Below, in pieces: positions 1 through 12,748 of a DNA stretch of 64,000 nt. The stretch spans positions 92,318,001-92,382,000 of the forward strand of contig OX597820.1 of NCBI GenBank assembly GCA_951406725.2, given 5' to 3'. Positions within the stretch are counted from its first letter, which is position 1. The number at the start of each line of letters is the position of its first letter. The position numbers and the translations under genes are program-made. Source of the stretch: Octopus vulgaris. Lineage: Eukaryota. The notes under the pieces were generated by a model, which did no database searches, was not told the DNA's origin, and worked only from the letters and a program-made list of their open reading frames with translations.

Positions 1-127
1 AAAATCTACTGACAAGGCTTTGGTTGGTCTCAGGCTATAGCAGAAGACATATGCCAAGTCACCACACAATGGGACTGAACTTAGACCATGTGTTGTGGAA
101 CCAAGTTTGTTGCCACACCTGCACCTA
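1..127 (-). mobile_element. tRNA-derived SINE family A, 5' part (truncated by window edge)
   Basis: Reverse complement matches head and core of the fuller copy at 49822-50285 (tRNA-like head, then gtcttctgctata..gaccaa..gccttgt.agt.gattt). Confidence 0.8.
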
Positions 128-319
128 TGTGTGTGTGGGTGGGGGTGGATCGGTGTGTGTATGTGTATATGAGTGTGTATATGTATGCATGTATATATGT
201 GTATATATATGTGAACATATTACCTGTAAATCTATATATACATCTAGACATACATGTATATCTATAGAAATACATCTATACATATACATGTATACATATA
301 CATCTATATATATATACAT

Positions 320-530
320 GTAAAGTTAATCCAAACAAGAAAACAAAAAGACAACAACGCGAGGATGTGGAACAAATAAAGTATTATTGGACGCTCAGGA
401 AAGAAGGGAAGAAGGAGGGTAAGACGTTTAGAGCGGAGCTCTTCGTCGGAAACATAGGAGAAAGAAAGATCCCGAGGTGGGAGGACAGAGGAAAAAAAAT
501 TGCAAGTGGTCTTCACGAGGTCACATACTG

Positions 531-533
<3 letters not shown>
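320..533 (-). mobile_element. Short non-coding Penelope pLTR-like module with degenerate hammerhead motif
   Basis: Lies between (TA)-rich repeats. Same layout as 30459-30668 (shared cgctcaggaa and acgttt.gagc...gctcttc). Minus strand 418-454 reads CCGACGA-A-GAGC-UCC-GCUC-UAA-ACGU-C. Confidence 0.6.
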
Positions 534-570
<37 letters not shown>

Positions 571-856
571 CATATATATACATGTGTATATATATATATA
601 TATATATTTGCATATATATATATGTATATATTCATATATATATATATATGTATATATATGTATATATATATATACACATAGATATATGTATGAATGTATG
701 TATGTGTGTATATATATATATATATCCATATGTAAGTATAGATATGAGCGTGCATATGTGTGTATATATGCATGTATGTATGCACCTATATATCTACGTA
801 ACTATTTATCTACGTATATATGTGTTTGTGTGCGTATGTATATATATATATATATA
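534..856. repeat. (TA)n/(TATG)n compound microsatellite
   Basis: Directly visible. Similar tracts at 2750-3035, 10985-11235, 28877-28930, 30160-30228, 38375-38432, 47415-47470. Confidence 0.95.
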
Positions 857-858
857 GT

Positions 859-991
859 CATCTCGCCATTTTGGACCGTTGAACTCAGCACATTTTTTTC
901 TCTCTACATTGTTTTTTTATTCACTTTCCATTTTACACCTGCTTAGTGTTCCTACATCTCTCTTCGTCTTTTGTTTCCTGTAAATTTGAAG
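859..991 (+). mobile_element. Internally deleted relative of the short pLTR-like modules
   Basis: Begins cgccat and ends cttcgtcttttgtttc, like the reverse complement of 30459-30668, but has no hammerhead core. Confidence 0.4.
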
Positions 992-2282
992 TATATCTGT
1001 GTGTGTGTGTGTAGATAGAAAGAACGATTGATAGATAGTTACAGAGAAAGAGAGACAGAGAGATTACACTCGAATTGCGGCCAGCTCAAAGGTTGCTTAC
1101 ACGCTCGTCCATCTCCCCTGTCATAAGGTCCCCAAAGAGCGATCAATATGTCCAAAATCTGGTCAGCGGTTAACCCCGATTCTTACCATCACCGATCCAC
1201 ATTCGCATTTATGGTTATTGGGTTCGTTATCCACTCCAACATGCTCCCCTTTTCCCGTTCTTTCTAGATTTCTATTTCTCGGGTATTTAAATTCTTGTAT
1301 TGTATGTTTGTAGCTGGTATCTGTCTTTTGTGTGTTTGGGAAAGTGTTTGCTTATGCGCGCTGCCCTTATCAGCTGCAATTATGCATCGCATTTACAGAG
1401 TGTCATCACGGGTTACCGAATACTGAAATGCTGGAGTACCTAGTTGAAGCTCATGTTCTTCTCTCTCATTACCGATCTTCTCCTTTTTATTCAGTTATGG
1501 CTCATCTCAGACTGCATTAGATACCGTGTAAACACACACTGGTGTAAGTCTCATTCTAATACATATATCTTGTAGATATTTAATGCTAGCTTATATCAAC
1601 GCCTTATGTTTTAATCAATGATGGAGAAGAGATAACTTCCTAGCCTCCAATAAACTCAATTACTCGTATTTGTTCCCATGTGTGCGTGTTTGTGTGTCTG
1701 TGTGTTATTTTGTGTGTATGTGCGGTACTTGCGTGTGCGTGTGTAGGTGTGTGTACGTGCGTGTGTGTGTTGTGTGCTGCGTGTGTTTGTTTGTGTGAGT
1801 ACGTGTTGTGTGTGTGTGTCTGTGATCTCAAATGCATTTCTGTTTGTCGAGGATAAATGGAATGAGATTTTTTTGCTTCTCTGTACCTACGTAACTCATC
1901 CTGCACAAAAAAAATGATAAATGCATAAACAAAGAGCAAATGTTTGTATATACTGGAATATATAACAAGACAGATGAACATTTGCTTCGATAAAAAATAT
2001 AAGAGGCGGGAACTCCTTTGAAATAGAAATGTTTCTAAAAACTTATTTGAAAAGTAATAACATTGTGTTACAAAAATACAAAACAAACTATTTTCTACAT
2101 GATTATAGCATATATAGATACATGAAACAGGTAATATAACCATCATATTTAGGTTAATTCACATGGTTTTAAAGTGATACACTATTTCGTGTAATATGTA
2201 AAGATTACATATTGTCATCAGAACCACTGCAGTTGAAAGAGGAGTCATGGCGATTGACGTACGAATGCAGAGGATTTTAATA

Positions 2283-2450
2283 TTGGTTTCAAATTTTGGA
2301 ACAAGGCTAGCAACTTCGGGGGACGTTGTACGTCGGTACCTATTTTATCGACCCCAAATGGATAAACGGTAAGCTGACTGTGGTGGTCATAAAGGAAAAA
2401 TATGGATTAAATTCCGCCAAGCATTTCGCCCGAATTTGCCAGTTCACCGT
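2283..2450 (-). mobile_element. tRNA-derived SINE family B, degenerate
   Basis: ggtacctattttatcgaccccaaa core and ttggtttcaaattttgg.acaaggc tail, shared with 12537-12748 and 38826-39041. Confidence 0.65.
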
Positions 2451-2665
2451 CACGGAAGTTTCGAATATTATTGTTTGTCTCTTCACGGTTAGTTTCTTAT
2501 TCCCTTACTATTAACTCTTCTCCATGTCCTGCCCATTTAACTATCGATTTATCTGTTTTCTATCACACGACATATCCCGACATCAATTCTTCTGGCGATC
2601 TAACGTTTTTTGCACACTGCTTCTGAACACACACGTGCCTTGGGAAGGAGTGCATGAGCGTGTGA

Positions 2666-2712
<47 letters not shown>

Positions 2713-2747
2713 CAGAGACAGACAGACACACAGATAGAAAGGTACGT

Positions 2748-2795
<48 letters not shown>

Positions 2796-2800
2796 GCGTA

Positions 2801-2842
<42 letters not shown>

Positions 2843-2966
2843 TACGCACGCGCACGCACACAAACACACTCACACATACACACACATATATATATACATT
2901 CAGGAACACACATATAGACATAAAAATAGTTTTGTTTCTCTCTTTCTCTCTCTATGTATATATATA

Positions 2967-3041
<75 letters not shown>

Positions 3042-4099
3042 CTGTGTGTGTACAGAGATAGAAAGAATGGATGTGTGTGTGTGCATGTGTGTACAGAGAT
3101 GGATGAATACATAGATAGATATTGCAAGTGACGTCGATTGTGCCTTCATGTTTTACTTATCGGCTGGTTGCTAGACCGGTTGACCACGTCCAAGGCAAAA
3201 CTTGGATTTTTAGAATACTGTGATTACAAAGTTATGTCGTCAGTGAATTTTCTGTCTTTTTCAAACCTGCTTAAAATAACATTATTTCAAGATACACGCA
3301 CACACACTCACGGCTGTGTACGTGTATACGTATACCTGAGCATTTGTGTGCATGTTTATGTGTACTATTTTAAAATTTAAGGTAAACTTTAACTCGCCAC
3401 CGATTTGGTAGCAAGGTAGTGGAAGAAAGTATCTTGATATAATCGTCATCTTTGAAATTTTAAGAAGGTCTTTTTACAGTCCCAGATATCGTGATAATTT
3501 GTTGCGCATGAATTATTAGTGACCCGAGATATCCTCTTTCTTTATGCATTATTGTATGTATGCATGTATGACTGTATGTATCTTTATCTGCATGCATGTA
3601 GGTATGTATATCTACCATTTTATAATTAGAAATAATGAGCACCCACGCATGTATGCATGTTTCGACCTTCCGCTCGATTTACAAACCCACATAAACAGAA
3701 AGAACATTTTAATTAAGAATGATTTTTTTTTTTTTTATTCTTTTTCTCTTTTCATCCTGTCATGTTTTCTACCGATAAAACACTACTTAGCATTTGAATG
3801 CATGGCGTGCAACGTTTCTTAGATGCATTTAATTGAAGCTAGCACTTCGCAGGCTGCGCGGTGGCAGAATCGTAGGAGCATTGGTAAACATGTACAGTAG
3901 TATTTTTTTTAGATACTTTATGTTCTTAGTTCAAATTCTACTGAAATCAACTATGCTTTCATCCATTAGTATCGATAAAATAGAGAACTTGTTCCTTCTA
4001 TCAACTTGTTCCTTCTATCAACACGTCAATGTACATAAATGAGAAACCGTTTAATACAATTCTGTACGTATATATATATATATATTCTTACATATCTGT

Positions 4100-4415
4100 G
4101 TTTCAGTCATTTCACTGCAGCCATACTGGGGTACCACCTTAAAGTGTTTTAGTCGACGAAATCAGCCCTAGTACTTATTCTATCGTGTTCTTTTGACGAA
4201 TCACCACTTACGTTGATATAAATACACCAACATCGATTGTCAAGCGATGATAAGAGGACAGACACAAACTCACACGCACAAGCACATATATATACATATA
4301 AGACGGGCTTCTTTCAGTTTCCGTCTACCAAATGTACTCACAAGACTTTGGTCGGCTCGAGACTATAGTAGAAGATACTTGTACAAGATGCCAAGCACTG
4401 GGAGTGAACGCAGAA
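4100..4415 (-). mobile_element. SINE family A copy
   Basis: gggcttctttcagtttccgtctaccaaat...agaagatacttg...gaaccatgtggttggtaagtaagct is the reverse complement of the 49822 copy. Confidence 0.85.
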
Positions 4416-4621
4416 CCATGTGGTTGGTAAGTAAGCTTTTAATAGGCATAAGCTGCCGGACGAGATGGTGAAGATGCCGACGACCGCTCGATTCAAAGTC
4501 TCCCTTGACCACAAATGGCCTGAACTCTTTACATGAACACCACCCTGTACATAACTCCATGTCCCTCCACATGGCCTTGCTTTTTGCTTTTTGAGTCAAA
4601 AAATTAACTAACTAACATATA

Positions 4622-5460
4622 TGAGGAGGTACCGAAAAATAACCGGAAACGTTCACTGTGGGACAATCCCGTTGTAATTCAGACTTCCACCGCTAGAAGT
4701 CACTTGATACGACCTTGAAGCTTCAGTATGCCGATGGCCGTCGTCGAGTGATATCGTACTGACACGTGATGCATCTTTATTTTGCAGTGTTTTTCCACTG
4801 TTTATCGATTTCTGCAATGGCCGTAACGATGGAACAGCATACTTCCGTGAAATTCTATTTTCTTCTGGGGAAATGGTGGTTTAGACAGTTGTCATTCTTC
4901 AAACAACTTACAAGGACGCTGCCATGAGCAAAACACAAGTTTACGACTGGTTTTCATTCTTTAGGAGCAGTCACTTGTCGCTTGAAGACCAACTTTGATA
5001 AGGGCGTCTATCGATATCGCGAACAAAAGAAAATATGAAAATCCATGAACCGACCTTGGGAGACAATCACTGAACAATTGGCGAACTTGTGGATATGATT
5101 GTCGTGTCCTGGAGCTCTTGTCAACGTATTTTGAGAGAAGAAAATGCGAATGAAATGAGTTGCAGCAAAATTTGTACTTCACTTGCTTACGGAGGGTCAA
5201 AAGCTGTCACGACTAAATGCGTGTCGTGAACTGAAAGAACAGTAGGAAATTGATCCGGACCATTTCCTCGAAGGTCATTACTGGTGACGAAAGCCGGTGC
5301 TACGGAATTTGCAGATGTTGAAGAAGTGAAGAAAACACGACGGAGGCGTTAAAAGATATCGCTTTGAAAAAGTTACGGTACCACTTCGAACTGTAGAAAA
5401 TGCGCCTGGACCAATGCATTGCTTCAAATATAGAATACTTTGAAGGCGATAAAAGTGTAA
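4622..5460 (+). mobile_element. Mariner transposon remnant, internally deleted transposase pseudogene
   Basis: Translated pieces MEQHTSVKFYFLLGK, YKDAAMSKTQVYDWF, KVITGDESRCYG and RLDQCIASNIEYFEGDK match mariner N-terminal HTH, first catalytic D motif and C-terminus. TIR-like start after TA at 4620. Confidence 0.85.
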
Positions 5461-5501
5461 ACATCTCAAACTTAGCAGCGGCAGATTTAGAAGTTGTTAC
5501 T

Positions 5502-5534
5502 GTAGTAGTAGTAGTAGTAGTAGTAGTCGTAGTC

Positions 5535-5621
<87 letters not shown>
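5502..5621. repeat. (TAG)n microsatellite
   Basis: Directly visible. A (GA)n tract follows at 5794-5851. Confidence 0.95.
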
Positions 5622-5790
5622 ATACCTTCCCATTGGATTGTAGTTTTTGTTAGTCTATTAAATGCCCTCCCAAGACACAGATCATTGGTACAGTTTCTCT
5701 ACCGGAAGATACTTTAAACACCTTATTAAAGGATTCGTTTCAGTTGGAAAGTTTTTCATGGTGGAACAAAGAGGTTGATTAAATAAAAGA

Positions 5791-5853
<63 letters not shown>

Positions 5854-6689
5854 GTGGCAATAGAGCAGAAAGAAAGAAGGGCTCAGGGTGAAGAATGGTT
5901 TATTAGATAACAGTAAAGGTTTATTATAGGAAGAATGCTGGAGCGATAGAATGAAGGATACAGAGAAAAGAAAGCCTAGAGAGAGAAGATAATGCAGAGA
6001 GTTGAAGTAGGACAGACATGTAAAATAGAAACTAACGACTGAATAAGAGAGAATAAAAATGTCTGAATTAGACTGAAAGGAGAAGAAAAAGAACGTGTGG
6101 AAAGGTGAGAATTTAGAGCATGGATGAAAGAAGGAGAGCTCGTGATGTGAAAATGAGAAATATCCATAGGAATAGTACAAATCGCTGCAGACAATGAGTG
6201 GTTTTGAGAATAAAGCTGAGATTGTTTGAGCCTCCACATAATTTGTTTGGGTAGAATATTTATCAGTAGAAATTTTTAACTGTTGTGTATTTTTGGCAAC
6301 AATCCATTGGTTTTATTATTTATTGTTGCGAATAGCTTCGAAATTCGCTGGAAGAAGTGTTTGCCACTGTAGTGGCTACTGTAAACTCGACAACGCATTC
6401 AAACGCCTTCTATAAGTATTTTTAAAAGTAAAATAGAAATTAGAGAAAACAAAGATGCACATGTATATAGATAGAGCTTCAGGCTTAAGCTTTACAGTTG
6501 AATAATTGAAGACGCTAACGGGAACTGTGTTGGAAATCTTAAAATTAATAGGGAAAAGAAATAGTACGAATAGCAAAGATACTTCAACAGCATCAACATT
6601 CTCTCTTTTGCAAAACATTGAGAGTCAAAAGGAACAGCTCGATTTGATCCATCTCGAAATTTAAGAATAATAACGAACCAACTTATCAC

Positions 6690-7500
6690 GAAAGACAGAG
6701 TTTCGATGATGGGCGAAGGTACTGAGTTGACAAAAAAGGAATAATTCTGTCTTTTCTTTTTAGATTTTAGGAACATGACAGAAGAGACATTCCAAAAGCA
6801 TTCTAAAATGGAGTTAGAGGAAACTGTGTCCGATGTGAGGCAGGACATGTGCACCATCGAACAAGGCAAGTCATTGAGAAAAGTGTACTTTGTCTTTAAG
6901 GTCGTTTACTCAGCAAGGAAGTACAAGGAGCTTATGCACCATACGTTTCCCTGTAGATGGCTGCCACGGTATTTTGGTTTCAGAAATACAAGGAAGACAG
7001 TCAGAATATCAGTACGGACATGCAACGGTTGTACTTCCCCACATTTACGCAATTGTTGGAAGAAGCTGTGCATAACAGTTTGTTCAAAACGTTGAACCTA
7101 ATCCCTTGGATATATTATTCAATAGCCACAGATATATTTGGAAATTGCATCCCAAAGAGGCAGAAAGACAGAAGTCAACTGGGTTAGTCATGTTAAGTAG
7201 AAAGCCCCGTTGCAGTGTATCTTTAAATACAAGATAATTTAATGCGCTTTTCTCTAGATAGAAACACCATACGAAAAATTTTCTGTAGTCATCACTAACA
7301 GCAAAAGCAATCTTTACATGTGAAGAGCTATAGCTACTTCTACCTGTTTCTAGAATACCAACGGTCACAGATAGCGCGAGCAGAATTAAACAAAATATCC
7401 TTGTCCACAATACCATCAACGGAAACAGTACGATGACCGAGAAAGCAAAATGGTTTACGTGTCCTGCCTCCACCGGAAAGGGAGGTATCTAAGTATTTGA
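6690..7500 (+). mobile_element. Possible decayed L1/Tx1-type ORF1 remnant
   Basis: ORF 6775-7095 (IEQGKSLRKVYFVF...LPRYFGFRNTRKTVRI) resembles RRM-like ORF1 segments of L1/Tx1 elements. Resemblance from memory only; multiple stops. Confidence 0.3.
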
Positions 7501-7697
7501 AAAGCGTTCTTTTCCTTGAGGTACTTGAAATTTCTTTAATAGATCCCATTTTATGCATTATTATTTCTAAAAGCATATGTTAATATTCTGTATCTAAATT
7601 AATTTTAGATGATTTTATAGCGTATTATAGTGTGAAATGCCAGCATTACATGACAATACTTAACTCAGGTAATAACGATGATAATAACTACTATTCA

Positions 7698-7805
7698 ACT
7701 GGTACTTATTTTATCGACCCCAAAATGATAAAAGGCAAAGATGACCTCGGCGGAAGTTGAACTCATACTGTTAACTATTTTGGCCGGCGTTCTAACGATT
7801 CGGCA
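7698..7805 (-). mobile_element. SINE family B fragment
   Basis: actggtacttattttatcgaccccaaaatgataaaaggcaaagatgacctcggcggaagttgaactca core. Confidence 0.8.
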
Positions 7806-7869
7806 AAATACCCACCCTTTTGATAGCCGAATTATTGATGCCTATTGATTATTGGATCAGTTTTTACCA

Positions 7870-8240
7870 GCAGTCTGTCATTTCGATTTTTAGACCCATT
7901 GTCCCCTTTAATCATCGCAGTATGCTATCTATATTCGCCAATTTTTCATGCTCTTTAGCGTATACACTTTTGTCTGATGATATAGCCATGTCAATAAGTA
8001 GAGATGCTATATTCTCGTATCTGACAATGATATCAATCCGATTGGCATGTATGGTCCCACCTGTATGTAACTCCATAAAATTGTGTCTTTTGTGGGTGAT
8101 GTTCACACCAGGTTTTTAAACATGATCTACACTTCTATGTCTGCATAGTGCCCAATGAATGCATTTGCCAACTCTTAGTATTTGCGATACACCATAGAGT
8201 GTGGGTAAGTACCTGGCTTCGTGGGACACAAAACAATTTG
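7870..8240 (-). mobile_element. R4/Dong-type LINE, degenerate RLE domain remnant
   Basis: RVGKCIHWALCRH and TIHANRIDIIVR..LLIDMAISSDKSVYAKEHEKL align with RVGQYLHWLISRH and TIKANKPDIVVK..LLIDMSIPCDHNISAKEFDKL of the 19.6-kb copy. Confidence 0.75.
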
Positions 8241-9109
8241 GATCCCTCGGAAATTTTCCATAGGGTCGACTCTAGTTACTTGACAAGTGTCCTCAAAGTA
8301 TTCTATCTTGGTGTAGTTTTCAGACAGTGAAGTTCAGAAATGTACTTAACCATCTTCCCAAATATTTGTGTCAATAACCATTTCATGGAACACTTTTGTA
8401 CTCGGATTGATAGAAATGTCATTCCCCACCTCTTTTGCGTATATTAGCTACAAATATCGACTCCCAAAGGTAGATCTGTTGAGATTTGAAATAGGATAAT
8501 GTGGAGCCATAAAAATAGAATTGTGTCGGATACCTCGGATATGAAGCCGTTTGGCACCATCCTGAAGAAGTTCAAAGCCGTGGTATCGGCTGAGCTTATC
8601 CTGGATAGCAGATGAATTTCTAGACTGATGTCTGAAGAGGCTGACTGATGCTGGTGGACAGCATTGCGGGGCGCTCCTCGACAGACCTGCTAAACTATTT
8701 TGGGTGTTGTTTCGTCCGGGCCTCTTTGTGCACAGGAACTAGAACGGTTTCATACGTATTGTGCTGCAGATTACATAGATACATGCCGAGGGGAATCTGT
8801 TTCTAGAAGTTCGGTTAGAATTGATGAACCACTGTATCGCCTGAGTTATAATTTCTCGGTTGACCATCACACCTATCCCCAATTTTCGTATAACCAGATT
8901 GGCGATCCTGCTATGTTTGCGGGTAGATTCGATTATTAAGACGAGTCTCTCCACAGCTCTCTGCTTGACTGATGTCAGTCTTGGACCGAAGAAGGACTAG
9001 AAATTAACTAGATTTTCAAGCACTCACTACAACCTATTAGTCGAGATATGCGATTTATATAGGGGATAATAGATAATATTCAGAAATTATTTTGCTTATA
9101 GTCGAAAGA

Positions 9110-9278
9110 ATCATCATCATCATTATCATTATCATCATTATTGTCATTATCGTCATTATCATCATTATCATCATTATTATCATTATTATCATTATTATCA
9201 TTATTATCATCATTATCATTATCATCATTATCATTATTATCATTATTATTATTATTATCATCATTATTATTATTATTA

Positions 9279-9375
<97 letters not shown>

Positions 9376-9496
9376 CATTATTATTATCATCATTATTAGT
9401 ATTATTATTATTATCATCATTATTATTATTATTATCATCATTATCATTATTATTATTATTAGCATCATTATCATTATTATTATTATCATTATTATT
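9110..9496. repeat. (ATT/ATC)n compound microsatellite
   Basis: Directly visible, about 390 bp. Confidence 0.95.
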
Positions 9497-9499
9497 GTA

Positions 9500-9860
9500 C
9501 TTCTCAAGGCTCTCGGTCGTGTTTCCTCTGGTTGATTCTGTGAGATCGGACAGGAAACTGTTGACAGAAAGTCTCGCAAGGTCTCTTTCCGCACATTATA
9601 AGCTTTGATATGCTGTTGCTAATTATCGTGGAAAATATTCAACAACCAAGTACCAATCTCACAATCCTAGCTGTCCCCAACAGCTTGTTTTGTTCTCATG
9701 TCAATTCTGATTTCTCTATTTTTCTCGAATTTGTTTGTTAGCGCTCCGAGTGCCCTACAACTATTGGAATGACAGACACTCTCCTCCTAGTCCATATTCT
9801 TGCAGTTTCGTCTGTTAGTAGTCTGTACTTTAAAATTATTTTTAGTCCTTTGTCGCTTGT
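9500..9860 (-). mobile_element. R4/Dong-type LINE 3' end fragment between (TAA)n tracts
   Basis: Minus translation KYRLLTDETARIW..VSVIPIVVG..GTARIVRLVLG is the RLE C-terminal motif. Flanked by TAA repeats on both sides. Confidence 0.75.
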
Positions 9861-9874
9861 GCGTGCATTGTTGT

Positions 9875-10540
<666 letters not shown>

Positions 10541-11193
10541 TAGTTTCAGACAGTGAGCCTGTTGTTGCGTTTTATATATATATTATTTCAGAAACTGTTA
10601 TTTCATTTGTTTTGACAGTCCATTCATTGTATTTAGTACAATTATATAAATAAATGAAAAAAAGAGAAGAAAAAAAAAGAGTTACGGTATTAAATGCCGC
10701 AATGCATTCGGACAGTTTTCAGAATTAAGTATCGAAAGTGTTTAAGACGATACGAGCTACTCTCTTTTTGTTTTCAATATGAATATAAATTTCCCGTCGA
10801 CGGAATAACAATTGAGACAAGCAAAACGATACGATAGTTTATAGAAAGCCACTTAAACGAAAAACTTACTGATATTGAAACTTATGAAACAAAGATAATA
10901 CAATGGAATGTAGAGATTGAGTTACACAATAAAATGTACAGCAAATGTGTGTCTATATACATACGCCCTTATGTATATGCTTGTATATATATGTATATAT
11001 AAATATGTATATATATGTATATATATATGTATATATATGTATATCCTTATACATAGACGCGCAAGCGTATGTATGTATATACATACACTCTCATATTTAT
11101 ACACGCAACATATATGCATATATATATATATATGCATATATGTTGCGTGTATAAATATGAGAGTGTATGTATATACATACATACGCGTCTATA

Positions 11194-11239
<46 letters not shown>

Positions 11240-11845
11240 GTATGCATGAATACATATGTTCCTGCGTGTATCAGTGTATACATACATACATACATACATA
11301 CCAAATACACAGCATTTCTGTTTGGCGATTTTCAACTTTGATAGTAAAGCAATGGATGTGGTCAAATAAAACGCTTTCTTGAAAAATTAACCCTTCACTC
11401 GAATCCTATTCATCTCAAGAATACTATGTTTAACACGTTCTCTAGAGGTTTGAAACTCTAGTGTTGTAGTCATGCTAATATTTATTATTATTATAAGTAT
11501 TTTGCTTCATATGTACTAGTATGTGTTTGTTTACGCATGCATCAATATCAGATCACTCTCATAATTATTGGTAACAGTAAAACTCGTTACATCTTCGTTT
11601 ACTAAAGCGAATCCTACATCATATTAAACTGGTGAGGATGGACGGTGAAAAATACAGAAAGACGAAAATATGACCTATCAAACTAATATGTTATATTTTC
11701 GTCTACCAGAGTCTAACGAGCAATAAATATTACTAATGCCAGAGTAAATTTGTTCACAGGTTTCATCTTAGTCTGCATGTTGTTTAATGCGTAATATGCA
11801 CAATATGTGTGTATTCCTGATAGTTCGCTTTGTCCTTTGTTCATA

Positions 11846-12048
11846 TTAGGTACATTTATGCAAGGGAAACATGATGTAAAATGTGAACGACGTTGATAAA
11901 GGAGAGTGTCTTCGAATTTTCATCAAAGGTGACTTTGTATTTTCCCCAAGTACATATTCTTTTGGCAGTGGTATTTGGCACGCTTTGCACTTGTCTAACT
12001 TACGCATTTCGAAAGAGATGTTCTTATCAGATTTAAAATAACTCATTC
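11846..12048 (-). CDS. Candidate terminal exon of an unknown, possibly decayed gene
   Basis: Acceptor ttctttcaacAG at 12060-12049, then an open phase-1 frame of non-repetitive sequence (MSYFKSDKNISFEMRKLDKCKACQIPLP...HKCT) to TAA. No family recognised. Confidence 0.3.
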
Positions 12049-12536
12049 CTGTTGAAAGAAATTATTTGAGCAGACAAAAGAAACATTCTTATATTTCATC
12101 CAAATGCCTATGATAACGGATAAAGTCAGTGCAGGCGAAAAAGGCACAGGATTTTGATGGAGATTTTTAGACCACTCCTTGTTAAAATCAAGGCTCAGAT
12201 GTCACTCCCGTCATCAAGTCATATTTACATATTGACGATGAAGTAGGCTAACCCGATACGTAGATAACGTAGATATAGAGGGAGAAGTCTAAACGTCGAA
12301 GAATTGAGTAGAGGTCATCCGAACGTGCGATATAACAGTGGCGACGAGGATGAGATGCTCACACAGCCACTGTGTAGTAGTGCGACATAACACATATATA
12401 AAAACATGGCATGGCAACAGAGGGAATTGATGACATTTAACTGTGAAATTAGGCGGTTCACTCTCAAAATCAATATGGTATGAAAAATTGATAAGAAATT
12501 CTGTTTTAAGAAGTTGCTCATATTGAATTATTACTT

Positions 12537-12748
12537 TCAAATTTGAGACAAGGCCAGCAATTTCGGGGAGGATGGCGTTTAAGTCGATTACATCGACCCC
12601 AGTGCTCGACTGGTACTCATTTTATCGACTCCGAAAGAATAAAAGGCAAAGTCGAACTCGGCAGAATATCAGCTCTGAGAGTATGTTCGGACAAAATGCT
12701 GCAAAGCATTTTTCCGGCATGCTAAAGAATCTGCCAGCTCACTGCCTT
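12537..12748 (-). mobile_element. SINE family B copy, near full length
   Basis: Tail ttcaaatttgagacaaggccagcaatttcgggg, core ctggtactcattttatcgac..aaggcaaagtcga, head tctgccagctcactgcc. Confidence 0.85.

Noticed and set aside
24-946. Long YI/VC/HT-rich ORFs here, and poly-I/L/V/S/T ORFs elsewhere (e.g. 9055-10556, 25056-25435, 53313-53594)
   Set aside because: They are translations of di- and trinucleotide microsatellites, not genes.
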